Below are positions 13,500 to 26,166 of a stretch of 64,000 nucleotides of DNA, piece after piece (position 1 is the stretch's first letter; every line of letters begins with the position of its first letter). Location: NCBI RefSeq assembly GCF_036321535.1, contig NC_087436.1:47804001-47868000 (forward strand), written 5' to 3'. The position numbers were made by a program, and so were the translations under genes. This DNA is from Camelus dromedarius (lineage: Eukaryota). The notes beneath the pieces were generated by a model. The model had not been told where the DNA came from. It saw only the letters and a list, made by a program, of their open reading frames with translations, and made no database searches.

Positions 13500-14160
13500 T
13501 TTTCTATTCTGCTCTATAAGGCTAGGCATGGAACTCTATAAATAACTTTTCCCAGATTTCCTTATCAGCTGGCTTCCTGTTAGGTCCTGCCAGTAGGGGG
13601 CCCTAGAGAGAGGTTGGAAGGTGAGGGGGGAGAGAGGCTTTCCTTTCTGTTTTTCCAGTCTTTAGCAGCATTGTTCCTGTAACAGCAGACAGTTGGCTGC
13701 AGTCTCCAGCTTCTTTTGCCACTTCCACCATCTGTTAGTAATGAGAATATACTTCCTTTAAAGACTGGAGTATGAGATGCTCCCATATTCCCTCACATAC
13801 TGGGGCATGCTCTTCTGGGCATCTGAGAAGCTATGTCTCCTCCACTGAGTTCTTGGCACCTACCAGACTAGAACTCTAAGAACCAGTTTCAAGGAGATTT
13901 CTCCAAAGGACTAAACATAAGCTCTGTCGGACCCTTCCTCCAAATTCTAGGTTCTGGTATTACTACCTCTTCTCCTTTGTTTTCGCAGCCCAAGGGACAG
14001 TAGCTGCTTCCTACAGTTGTCAGTCTCTGTACAACCTCAGCATCCATTTTCTGTTCTTGCAGCTATCTGAACCATTCCCTGCACTAAATTCCATTTTAGA
14101 AATACCTAGTTAGGATTCACAGTTCTCTCTTTGCTCTGTTTCCTTTACTGGGTCCTTTCC
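13500..14160 (+). mobile_element. ERVL solo LTR (LTR33/LTR41 group)
   Basis: cagctggcttcctgttaggtcctgccagtagggggccctagagagaggttggaagg, and 3' part gtagctgcttcctacagttg...attccctgcactaaattcc...gaaatacctag. Confidence 0.65.
13587..13605 (+). promoter_or_regulatory. Candidate CTCF binding motif inside the LTR
   Basis: CTGCCAGTAGGGGGCCCTA versus the core consensus TGGCCACCAGGGGGCGCTA; the CCA..AGGGGGC core is intact. Confidence 0.45.
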
Positions 14161-15517
14161 CTGGGTTTCCATTCTTGGCATATATATTACTTCATTTACA
14201 TTCTGTATATCAAATCTGTGTGCCAAAAATCTGATCAGTTTCATATACACTCTGTATATCAAAGATCTGATTTGTTTCCTCAGCTTTAAACATTGCATCT
14301 CTACCAGTTCACATCATCAACTGTTTACTCAGTATTTTTGCTTGAATTTTCTATTGACTCATTATATTTAATATGGCTTAGATCAAACTTTTTTCTTCCA
14401 CTTATGATCTCCATGTTTCACCATATGCTCCCTACTCAGACATGGTTGTTTCAATCAGTGGTGCCTCAGTAGTCCCAGTCAGGAAGACTCATACTTTAGA
14501 ATTTTAAAATTCTTTCCTCTTATTAGACCCTCATGTTCAGCCAGTAATAATATCACCTAGATTAGTCTTTTAAACTGTATTTTGCATTTATCCTTTTCTT
14601 ACCATCATCATTCCTACCTTAATTTAAATCCTCATTAGCCTCACTCTCTGATGATGAATAAAATCCATACTTGTGTATGTGTTTCAAAAATTACTCTCTG
14701 GTGTACATTGCTACCAGTTTAATTCTTATAGACTCTGAAATCCCCTTCCATAATCTGCAGTGGTTTCTTCCGCCCAGAGGATAAAATTCAAACCCCTCTA
14801 CTGGAACTTTCATCCCAATAAATGTTTGGCCTTTTCTCTTACCATTACCCCCAATTAAATCTCTACTAACGGAAAATTGGTTTTCTCAGTGACTTCTCAC
14901 TTGTTTATCCTTTTCTCTCAATGGATTGTACCCTGTTCAGCAAAGCTCTTCTTTGTAAAGTCTTCCAAGAACTCTCCGTTGGGACTGATCTCTCCTCATG
15001 AGGGACTTTGCCTGGAAACCACTTCTCTGTATCACGTGTTTGGCGTTAGTCCTGAGTTGCACGCAATGTTATAAAGAGAAAAGAGGAAAGTACATATTTG
15101 ACTGATAACAGAGTAATACATGACTGATCATGCTGTGTATTTGAGAACTCTTTGGCTATATCTATCCAATGTTAGATCAATTGACTAGGAGGCAAAAAAA
15201 TATTTATCTGAAATAACAATTTGTTTTTGCTTCTTGACACTAACAAAAAAGTGTTATTTTTAAATTTAGAAGTCACTGAATTGATCAGTTATATCACCTT
15301 AATTCCTTGGTAAAGGTAGAATTTATTAATAAACCTTGGTATTTCTTATTTTATGAAAGTATGTTCTCTATCCTTCATAATTCTAAAAGTCTTGTTTTGT
15401 ATCTAGAGATCTGGAAGAAATGAGAAATGTAACAAGTTGATATTAATTTCAGCATTTCTTAAAGACATAAAATGTTTTGGGGGAGTATTATTTGAGAAAA
15501 ATTTCCTACTATATACC

Positions 15518-15555
15518 CTTCCTCCCTTCCTTCCTTCCTTTCTTCCATCCATCCA
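15518..15555. repeat. (CTTC)n/(CATC)n low-complexity tract
   Basis: cttcctcccttccttccttcctttcttccatccatcc. Confidence 0.75.
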
Positions 15556-16269
15556 AATACGTTGTAGTAATTCTTGCTCCTGAAAGTCAGAATTCTATGT
15601 GTCAAATTTTGTAATTAAATCTGATTATGTCAAATCTCATTATCACACTGATCCATCAGATAAACACCAGATTTTGCAGTGTGCAGAGATTCTGAGTGCT
15701 TCAAAGGAAAAGTGTCTACAGAGAACAATATATTAAAAAAAGAAAACCAACAAAACACTATGGAACTGCTTCGCCTACACATTCTTGAATGGCTTTCTAT
15801 AATTCAACCCTCAGCAGTGTACAGACAAGGTGAGAGAATAGTTGTACATGGAAGACCTATAAATAACTAAAAAAATATCTTGAACTATATAGATTAGGAA
15901 GAAACCTGGAAAGAATATCGTAGTCTTTTGCTTCCAGAGAACTTTATAACTGCGTAATTTTAACACAATACAGAAAAACTGATCAAGCTGCTAGTGTGTT
16001 TCAGGACAGTTAATTATGAGCAGAGGCAGGGAGTCCCCATGGATTACAACTCGACCCCTCCCACAGTATCTACTTTTACAATTAATATTTTGAAGTCAAG
16101 ATGATCTCATTATGGAACTAGTAACTGGATAATGAAATTTTAAATTTATATAATCATGTTTAATAATTAGATAATGAGCCCAGTGATAGCAGGGTTCTCA
16201 ATAAACATGTGAGCAAAACAAAATCTGTCCTGCTTTTATTCTTATTTGGTCTTTCATGGATATGGAGAG

Positions 16270-16570
16270 TAAATGATAAATATTTTTCTCATTAAAATCC
16301 TTCATATACTTGAAGTCAGCCAAAAAGTCTCTGATGAATAGAGTGAGCATGTTCCTTGTTTGCCCAAAACGGTCCCGGCGTGGGTCAGTTGTCTTGGCAA
16401 AATCTATAATAGCCACTCCCTGCCTTTGCTCTGAAAACTTTCCCAGATTTAAAATCTGAGAATTATGTGGTCAATCTACCCATTAATCTTCTCTCATTCA
16501 GGCCAAATAATCCAATACTTAAGCCTTTCTTTTTAGGATCATCTTCATTGCTTTTCTCTAAATCATCTCT
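16270..16570 (-). mobile_element. L3/CR1 fragment split by a MER94-like MITE
   Basis: ccttcatatacttgaagtcagc...[MITE]...taatcttctctcattcaggccaaataatcc resembles the antisense L3 3' region. Confidence 0.5.
16339..16478 (+). mobile_element. MER94-like hAT-Blackjack MITE
   Basis: Degenerate TIRs tagagtgagcat / atgtggtcaatcta (consensus TAGGGTGACCAT...ATGGTCACCCTA), ~140 bp, internal tttgcccaaaacggtcccgg. Confidence 0.65.
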
Positions 16571-17389
16571 ACTGATAAGGAACCAGGTTGCAATTTCCCC
16601 TTCTTAACAATGTGGAGACATTTCAGTGCTAAAGGTACCTGCTTTCAGAAAAGATAGCACCAGATCCAGTTGTTGAAAGACCAGACTTAAGGAGTAATTG
16701 AAGGTGTAGAAGGGTATTTCAGAGTGACAGTACTTGGAGGGTGAGAGGAAGGGTGCCACTGAAAAGTTTATGATAAGCAGATGAATTCTAATACAAGAAA
16801 TCAAATACCACATATTTCAATTCCCAGCAGAGGTTCAATTAGAAATAGAATCCTTCTTTGCTTCCTGCCCTACGCTGGCGTGTTGTTACAGGGCATGGAC
16901 TGTTTAAACAGCTGCAGAGTCTTACCTCAGGGGTGACGGAATTGCATTGGTGATGTTGATCCCTGTATGGAGCAAAAGCTAAGAGGAAACTTGATCATTT
17001 GCAGAATGATTTAGGAATTGAGGGTGAGTTATGCTCTCTGTCTGAGAATAATGAGTTAAGAAAGTCTAGAGAATGCGAAGTCTTATCGCTAGTTTTGCAC
17101 AGTAAACCTAGTGTCGAACTTCCTCTTTTCAGACAAACCAAATATGAAAGAGAGCATAGATAAAAATGTACAAATAGCAAAATTTTAAAAATTAGAATAT
17201 GAATGCTCAAATACACATTTGAGTCTCTGGAACAAGCAAATGGCAAAATGTTGCTTGCTTATTTTCTTTTTTTCTGTGATTTTCCATTCTCTTTTTCTAA
17301 CTTTGCCTTTATTCTTATTATCACCTCATGTTTAATATGCCTGTGAATGAGCAGACATCTGTTCCTTATATCCATGTGTTCCTTTAGTC

Positions 17390-17577
17390 CACTGGTTCTC
17401 AAATTTGATCATGCATTAAGGACCCTTAGAGGGTCCACTGAAACACGGATTGCAAGAGCCCCACTGCCAGAATTTCTGATTCTGTAGGTCTGGGTAGAGC
17501 CCCAGAATCTGTATCTGTAACGTGTTCCCAGATGGTACTATTGCTGTTGATCAAGGGACCACCCTTGACAACCACCA
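17390..17577. mobile_element. MER5A-like hAT-Charlie MITE
   Basis: cactggttctcaaa...tttctgattctgtaggtctgggtagagccccagaatctg...gggaccacccttgacaaccacca, ~188 bp; flanks ctttagtc / ctctagca resemble a decayed 8-bp hAT TSD. Confidence 0.8.
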
Positions 17578-18324
17578 CTCTAGCAATTCAGGTCTTCCTG
17601 GCAGAAGTAAACCATTGAGAGGGAAAGGGAAATGCAAATGCATTATTTGGGAAGATCATAGGAAGGAGAAGCACGGGCTCATCACCACCCTTCCCTCTGT
17701 GGTCCCCTCTACCTCATTCTTCTGAGTGTGATGCCAGGGGTCACCCTTCAAAGCATTGAAAGAGGAGAGCTATTTTCACCGAGTTTGAGTTTATTGATTA
17801 AGTGAATTCATAGATTTGAGCATACTAAGAAAGAGTAACTTTGTAACAACTGGATTTTAAATGTTTGGCGATGTATTGAGAATTGTTGTGACTATCATTT
17901 TTATTGAAATATACATTATGAACCTACGTACGTGATGGCATGAAAGATGGTGACCTGATCTGATTCTGGTTTATTGCACGGTTGACGCACAGCTGCAGTG
18001 CGCATTGTTTAGTTGGTACATTACTTGAATGGTCGGGCTGCTCCTGTGTGTGTCAAAGTATTCAATTTATTTGTCTACTGCCTGCAGACTTCTGCCTCTT
18101 GGTTTATATTTCTTTTCATCTACTACATTGAATCTGTATTTATTTTCATCTTTTTTTGCCAGTCTCCTTCAATCTTACTATACATTATCCTCATATTCTT
18201 TACTTCTAATTTCACTAATTACTACCTTCATTTTGCTCACCTTTAGGGCTCGAATGATTTTTCCTTCACCACTTTATCTCACCATTTTTTTTCTCCCCCA
18301 CTCATATCTTTTTCAGTATCTTTT

Positions 18325-18418
18325 CTTTTTATTGAAGTTCAAATGTCAGTTTAAAATGTTGCGTCAATTTCTGGTGCACAGCACGTTTTAGTCATACATA
18401 TGCATGTATTTGTTTTCA
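18325..18418 (-). mobile_element. Very short L1 3'-end insertion with 12-bp TSD
   Basis: tcagtatctttt at 18313-18324 and 18419-18430 flanks ~94 bp homologous to the extreme 3' end of the L1s at 4621 and 31345. Confidence 0.8.
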
Positions 18419-21400
18419 TCAGTATCTTTTATAATATAGTGGGATATCTGATTATTTTACTTCTTTTTAGCTAGAACACATCTTGTTCTATAAAACGTCT
18501 TGGAATGTCTTTCAGTGATATACGCAATACCCAGATATACATGTGTAAGTTAAAAAATTCAAGACCATGAACAATATAGAAAAAAAAAACCAAACTTCTT
18601 GAAAGTTTTTTCTACAGAAAATTTGAAATTAAGAAATACATACTATAAAGACTTTGAAAATAACATACTTTTAATTAATACATTTAACTCTGAGCTTCTT
18701 GGAAGTTAAAGAAAAAGGAACTGTGATCAGTTTATAGGAATCATTATCATTTAAGGAAAAGGCACACTAGTTTTTTGTAAGGTCAAGCATAAAGGCTCAT
18801 ATCTTGAGAGGGTCTTTGTATAGGGGATTCTGGGTTGTGTAGTGGATGACATTTTCATAGCATTACTGAGTAACTATAGTAGTCCATTTCATAAAGCATT
18901 TTTAGGGCACTCATTAATGTAAGCCAAGGGGATAATGTCAAATACAACAAAGAAAATATCCTGTCAGAGGCTAAGTAAATAGTACAGCATGATTCAGGGG
19001 TTAAAAACTAGGATGTCTGGGGAGAGATATACACTTCATTTTTTTTCCCAAAACAGTCTCCAGAAATGAAATTCCTTTCAAATGGCTTTTGATAGAAATT
19101 AGCTAGCAAACAGTTTGAAAGTATGTTCTCTGGCAATAAACAATTCTTTGTTACTGATTAAGGACAGACTCCATATTTTAAAAATCAACTAACTGAACAG
19201 GAGGGTTGAAAACCTCTTGTGAAAACTAGATAAAAAATCAACACTACTTCTTGAATAGATGGCCACCCAATTTCCACACTGAGGTGAGCCAATAGAATAG
19301 GTGGTCCAAGAGTTTATTTAAGAAACAGTTTCTGAGTCTTTTTCAGCATCAGAACAAATGGGTTATTAAGTATCCAAAGTTCCTCACCATACAATGCAAC
19401 CAAGATGATTTAGACTGGAATATTTTCAAAGCACAAGTTAACAGCCCCCCTCTACGGCTATAGAGAAAAATATCTCAGCAACTGCACTGTTGAAACATCC
19501 GGTTTAAGAAACTAATTTCCTTGGTGAATATGCCAGGATGAATTAGTTACAAATGTACGTGTAACTAACTAAATTAATTACCTTGTGATATGGTGTTGAT
19601 AGGATCACTTACATTTTGAAAAATAACTGACCCGAGTAATTTTGGTTTTAAAGTAAATGATTTTAAGCCAACTTTTCTGATAATAGTTGGTAAGCAGACT
19701 CAATTTCCCCTTCAGAGTCCTGACATTTTGTGACATAGTCATGTTTTCAGCATATAGGAAGGACATTCTGTTCTCAACATCAGACATATTTGTGCTGGTC
19801 AAATAAACAAATGACATGTGTAAAAAAAATGGGTGCAGTTAGAACACAGAAGACTTTTATGTTCTTTAAAATTATTTGATTAGTTAGTAGGCCATTTCTC
19901 CCAGTCTTTATTTTCCCAAAAGAGCTATGATTCTCCCAACAGAGATATATAGGGAACCAGGGCCAAGATCAGGACATCACTTGGGCAATACTGACCGTGA
20001 GTTTTTGGCAAGAATAAAAGGCTGAATAAAAGTCAAAAGTGTATGTCACTCTGGATACACTTGGTCACAAATAGGTTTAAGCAAGGACAGATTCAACCAA
20101 GTCTGTAACATCAGTCCTTAGTAGGATAATCTTGGCCTCAAACCTATTATTTCTTATATAAAATATTATGGCAAGAAATACCTATCTGTAGTTTGTCAAG
20201 GAGAAAACTGGCATGAAGTTTGAGGCAGAATGTATAATTAATGATATCTTGTTTCAGAAATACTGTGGTTTTGCAACTCTTCTACTGAAGAACTCCATAT
20301 TTTTTTATTTTTCAAGCCTAAGAATTCTATTGTTCTGTTAACAAAGAAAATAATTCTTGGTTCTAAAGGAGTTAAAGAATTCTGAATGATTGCATAAGAA
20401 CTGGAATGTTTCCCCTTTCTTATTTTCCATTCACTGTAGTCATTTAATGATAACCAAATGTCACTGAAGCTTGGGATATATGTGTAATGTACCAAAATAA
20501 TTTTGCATAGAAGGAAATCTATTTTAGCACCTTTTAGGTATGACACAAAAAAAACCTGCAAATAGCTGTGATCAACACTGAAGTAAGCGTATTTTCAAAT
20601 CAGCCACTAAGAGGGAAGAGCTGAAAAAACAATTTCATGTTTGTACTGCTCTATAGAAAAATTATGAAAGATACAAAATGTATTATGTTCTTTGACTTCT
20701 CTAGTGTTCCTTATACATATTGTGTATTTATCACTTCCTTAGTGTAATAGTTTATGCAAAGCATGCTTTTTCTGATGGGCAATTAAAAGTATCCCCATTT
20801 CCCCATGGGTCTGAGTAGTTAACTTATCTTAAGAATGAGTCATATGTACTTGGTAAAATCTTTTTCCTGCTTATATAAATCTGTCTCAGTTGAACTCAGA
20901 GACAATATTAAAGGTATGTGCATGAGTGAGACTCTAAAGAAGTAAAAAATGATTACACCTGTGTTTTCTTTATAAATAATGCAAAAATGAATATATAAAA
21001 AACATGGTCTATTATTCTGTGTTTACTAGATCTAGAATGGGCTATGCATGTTCTGGAGACCTCAGTAGATTTACAAAGTTAGTAGATTTACTAAGTGGAC
21101 TGAAAATTCCTCTCCCAAGCTTCTTCACCCCATTCTCCTCCTGATTTTCTCAGTGAATTTTGTATTTGTGGAAGAATTTTTATCACAGTCTTCTGGAAAC
21201 TTGGACAGACTCAGAAATCACCCCTTTCTCTGAAGTTGTCTCTTGAGACATACTTCTTTTCCTATCATGTCTCTGAAATGTAAAGTTCTTGTACAATCCT
21301 ACATACCATTTTATTCTTCCTTCCTTGAATTGAAACCCAAGCATGTTCCAGCAGAGTAAAATTTTCATTTGGCATGTGGCTCATGTATTGGTGTTCCAAA

Positions 21401-21687
21401 TGATATTTCTCCTAGAACTTGTTGGCTTCTATAATTAATCATTCTTTACATATCAGAGCACATAACTCACATTGCATCATACTTATCTAGGGAAATTCTA
21501 TTGTTTATGTCTAACGGTAAATGGGCCCATCCCCCTTATATACTATAGCAGTACATTGTATGCTTTCTTACAGATATGACCTGGAATGCTTTGGATTCAA
21601 ATATGGTTATTTCATTGGTATCTTGACAAGTGAAGCTCAGCATTAAGCCAGAGATTCTTAATAACTTACGCCACTCTATAAAGTTTA

Positions 21688-21823
21688 CTTTGGTTTTTTG
21701 GGTGGAAGAGGTAATTAGGTTCATTTATTTAATTATTTTTTAAATGGAGGTACTGGGGATTGAACCCAGAACCTTGCACGTGCTAAACACAAACTCTACC
21801 ACTTGAGCTGTCTATACCCTCCC
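21688..21823 (-). mobile_element. tRNA-derived camelid SINE (vic-1 type)
   Basis: Minus strand reads GGGAGGGTATAG..CAGCTCAAGTGGTAGAG (A box)...GGGTTCAATCCCCAGTACCTCC (B box 21757-21766), then AT-rich linker and AACCTAATTACCTC tail. TSD actctataaagttta (21673-21687) / actctatggagttta (21827-21841). Confidence 0.85.
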
Positions 21824-22679
21824 TCTACTCTATGGAGTTTAGAAAGGTCAGTGAATTCTATCAACTGTTCCATGTGCATTTCAAAGAAAGGTCACATTAG
21901 CCCATTTACTTTATTTTGGACTAAATACTACATGTAGTATTGCATGTGGATCAGAATTACTTTAGATCAGATTTCCACCAGGTTAGTTATTTGGAATCAA
22001 CTAGTTTTACAAAATTATTTGTTCTATTTATTGATGAAAACTCATTTTAAAGAGTAACTTGGGTATAAAGTCACAGCCATCCTCAAGGCATGGAATCACT
22101 CATTCTTCTCTAGTGAAATGAGTAAAATGTAGTGGTCTGGCCATGAAGATTCATTCAGAGATTCAGAATTGTTTGATTTGTAGTTTTGGCTCTTAGAAAC
22201 ATCTCAATGCATCAGAACATTATAGTAAAGAGGATTAATCCTGCCCCACTCTGAATGCATCCATAATAATAATAAGTCACAGCCTCCATATTGATAATTG
22301 TTTGTCAACATTATTTGGAAAAAAGAACCTCAATATAGATGCTAAAACTGGGGAAATAGTTCATTTGTTACAAATAGAGAATTAATTTGGAAAGAGTAAT
22401 GTTAGCTTCAGAAGAATATAAAGTTTCTTAATGGGTAATATAGAATATTAGTAAGAACAGGGCCTCTATTTGAATCAGGTTTCAACATAACTACTACATT
22501 GGATATAGAATTGCATTATTGATGTTTACTTGTCTTCCTTTCCCTTCTAACCAAATTAAGATCTGTCTCCTTTATATGCTGTGAACGCTCACACCTTCTA
22601 GCACAGAGATGTAAACAACTGGTGACTTCAAAAATCTTGATGTCAAAGAAATTGTGGATTCTATAACATCTGTACCTAA

Positions 22680-23300
22680 TTTATTTCAATTTAATACATG
22701 CCCATTGACTTTCTAGGCAACATTTTGGGTGCAGAAGTTACAGATAGGAATAAGCCGTGGTACCTGACATCCAGTGAAAGAAACAAACATACATTCAACT
22801 AATTATAATGCAATATGTACTCTACTGATGGTGTGAATAAATTGTTACAGGAGCACCAAGGAAGAAATGATTCATTTTCTTAGATAAAAGATTCAAGAAT
22901 TGATTCTCAAAGGACAAAATATGTGAATTTCATCTTGATATGAATTAGAATTTTCTTTTGCCAGAAGAACAAGAGTAAAAGCCAGCAGGAAAAACAGAAT
23001 AAGAAAAGAAATGGAAATATAGGCATATAATCACATTGTGCAAGTAACATTGAGTATCTTAGTACAATTAGGGTGTAGAGAATGTGGTGGGGAGAGATAT
23101 TTGCTGAATAAATGCATGACTGAGTGAATAAAGAGTGGCGTATATTGAAGAATGCCACTCAGAGGATCCTTTAGTTAATTCAGTGCAGACCATGTGGATC
23201 TACTAAAGATTTTAATTAAGATAATAAAGGACCAGATTGTGTTTTAGAAACTCTGGTAGGCAGTCTGGAGGCTAGACTGGAGAAGGGAGCTATAGGGGAA
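22680..23300 (-). mobile_element. L2 LINE 3' region
   Basis: Antisense L2 features, e.g. caactaattataatgcaatatg...ttgttacaggagcaccaaggaag and ctctggtaggcagtctggaggctagactggag. Confidence 0.6.
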
Positions 23301-25252
23301 ATAGAAATTCAAGGAAACAATTTGTTTTGCCAAATTATCAAAGTAAATAAGAAAATAAGCAGTTTTGCATAAATTAGGCACGTGGTGGTTGGATTCATGC
23401 TGTTAGATTTATATGGTGCTTTTTTTTTCTTACTGAAGAGAAGCCTGGCTTGGAGTCACTCCTCTTTTCATCTTTTCAGATTTTATGCCCATGAAGTAAG
23501 GGGAATGGTATTTTCCCCCTTATCTGTCTCCTGTCTGTGGAATGGCTTATGCCACATTATTTATCAGAGGCTTTGAAGTCTTTGAAAGAGAATGCCATAA
23601 AAATCACAGAGTGTTATTGTCCCTTTGAACAGAGACTTACCATATTTGCCTTATTTAGGCTATCTTTGAATGAGGACCTGCAAGATGCCAGCTGTTGGCC
23701 CATATTTTATACAAAAGTTTTTCTTCCTGAATGAATTAGAGGACCATCTCTGGGCCAGAGTCCAGCAGAAAATATTGTCCATTGGCAAAATTTCTTGGAT
23801 GGCAATAAGAACACCAATTCCTATAATGACAAATCTATTGGAAAATTCCTGGCTCTGGGTGGTGTTACTATGAACATACAAGTTATTCTCTGAAAGTGGA
23901 AAATTTCTTTCTGGAAGAAGTGTTTTGGCATTAGCAAATATTTATATCCCTTTCTAGAATGCTCATTAACCAAACTTTTCTTAAATATCTCTACCTTTCA
24001 ATTAATATGCTGTCATAGGAATCTCCTTATCTCCTGTAGCTGCTGCTGCTGAAGATGTTTCTGGCCCCTCCTAAATATTCTAGTTCTTAAATGAAACAGA
24101 TCTCAGGCAGTTTCATCTCTTAAAGTAAGTAAGGCATCTTTGATTTGCTTGAAGGAAAAACTAGAGAAAATCAAAAGAACTTGGGTCTGTTTTTGATATG
24201 ATAACACTTGAGTAGAGTTTCCTTCTTTCCATTTTCTGACTCCCTAAATAAAATTATCTTACCCTTCAATACCCAAAATTTGAAGAAGTCTTAAGAATTA
24301 AATGTTTAACCAGCCATTGTTGCTCTGCAGCAGCCTCCCGAAACTGTTGCAAGTTATTTGAAAGCTGTAGAAATGAAGATTGAAAATTTTAGTTTATTGT
24401 TTAGGTATGTGTCATGTGCAGTGTGTCCTCAAACATTACAAATTCAGTTCTATAAATTAACACACATATAGATATAGATTAAGAATGTGGGCTTTAAACA
24501 ATCTGATTTTTATTGAAATTAAATACATCTAAACAAATTTTATCTCTTTAGAACTACGTTGGCAAGTAAATCTTTTTACATATGTTTAGTGTCTGTATTA
24601 GATACATATGTATGTGTGTGATATTAATGATAACTTTTCAAGTATGTAATCAATAACCATAAGATACACTTCCCCACACTCTAAGCTCAAACTAACCTGA
24701 ATTAATGAGTCACTATACAGTACTAGTACTTTGCTTTGGCTATGATTTATTTACATCTTTCTTTATTTAATAAACATTTTTGAATCCCTACTTCCTCCTA
24801 GGCACTCTACTGCATACTACAACAATGAAATGTTAGGTGGACAGAAGGGAATACCCTTGAAAAAATTGGTTAAACCATTCTTCTTGCCTACACAGTTAAT
24901 AGTAAGGCAAAACACTTAAAATTCAAGTTACTCTGTGTCTACTGAATTGGAAATCAATAGAAAGTGAGTAACTATGTAAGCACTTGTTTTGCTATAATGA
25001 TTCAACATTAGAAATTCAGTTCAATTTTCATGGCAAGGCGATTATAATATTAAGAGTTTATAAATAAAAAATTACTTATGTCCAATAATCTAATATTCTG
25101 ATTGTATTAGCAGTTGTTATAACCACAGTTCTACTGCATTTGCAATATTTTATTATAATATAATCAAACATACACAAAAGCAGGCAGAATAGTAAAATGA
25201 ATCCCTTGTGCCCACAGCCCACGCAGCATTACTTTAATATCATTTTTCCCTA

Positions 25253-25290
25253 AGTGTGTGTGTGCGCGCGTGTGGGTGTGGTGGTGGTGA
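25253..25290. repeat. (TG)n/(CG)n/(TGG)n compound microsatellite
   Basis: gtgtgtgtgtgcgcgcgtgtgggtgtggtggtggtg. Confidence 0.8.
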
Positions 25291-25862
25291 TAATAGGTGT
25301 GGAAGTCTGTCTCTGTACATAATGTAATATTCCATTTGAGGTCCTTGGGAAAGCATCTAAGATTCAGCAGCTTGAGATAGTTGTTTCAAAGCATCTGGAA
25401 AAAATGTTTTAAATTTAGCTTGCAAATGCAACTGCCCAATAGGGATTAATCCCCCTGGTAGATAATGACCTTCAACACTTATATCACCACCAACATTTGA
25501 AAAGTCAAAGCAAAGCAAAGAGGGGTATGCTTAGTCCAGGATTAATGTGATTAAGGGAAGCCTGTTCTGCTTGTTTTATTCATCTGGCTGCTTGTAAACG
25601 CACAAGGGAGGTAAAAAATAGGTCCCATCATGAACAACAGAAGTACCCACCATCCCAACCTCTTCCAGGTTTGCACCAAGAGTATCTTAACTGTTTGTAT
25701 TATTTATACATGACGAGAACACCCTGTTTCTACACTGAGCTTTATTTTCAGGACAGAGTGGGCGTTGGAGCTGCCCAGCTGCCCTGCTCTCACCTGAGCA
25801 TCTAGTCACCAAATGCACGAATGTGCAGGACAGCTGGGCATAGTGGAACGTCCAGCCCATTG

Positions 25863-26166
25863 TAAAAATCACAAACTGCTGGTCTTCTATCAGAATCTGG
25901 CCCACAAATCCTTTAATGGTGAGGCTTGAACAAAGTTATTAGAACATTTTAAGTCTATATTTTAAAAAATGGAGATAATATAAAAATCTGGATTTTCAGC
26001 TTTTCTTGAAAAATTAGAAAGTCTGCATCACTGCACTCATAGTGGCCCAGTGGCATCTAATTCTTTGGACAGGCACCTTCTCCTAATGTACTGCAGTTCA
26101 TGCCCAGCCGGGGTCATTCATCCAAGTTCTCAGCTGTGGGTAAAGAACTTGAGTTTGCTCGTCCTG
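25863..26166 (+). mobile_element. MER102-like hAT-Charlie element
   Basis: ataaaaatctggattttcagcttttcttgaaaaattagaaagtctgcatcactg and terminal ttgagtttgctcgtcctg match my recollection of the MER102 consensus. Confidence 0.7.

Larger units (their letters stand above)
13330..14990 (+). mobile_element. L2 LINE fragments, interrupted by an ERVL LTR at ~13500-14160
   Basis: ctttgacctatttccagcatttg...ttcttatagaaacctcactcttccttgggcttctgtaaca resembles the L2 RT region (LDLSAAFD..HSLLLETLSSLGF); L2-like pyrimidine-rich 3' part resumes after 14160. Confidence 0.55.

Noticed and set aside
19441..19460. Possible CTCF motif (reverse strand GCCGTAGAGGGGGGCTG)
   Set aside because: Spacing is off by one base relative to the core consensus; weak match.
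21745..21823. tRNA gene
   Set aside because: tRNA-like A/B boxes are present, but with an insertion near the A box, a degenerate anticodon arm, a SINE tail and a TSD; it is a SINE.
23461..23501. 16-nt microexon (cttttcatcttttcag|ATTTTATGCCCATGAA|gtaagg)
   Set aside because: Frame-shifting length, weak exonic donor bases (AA), and no other support.
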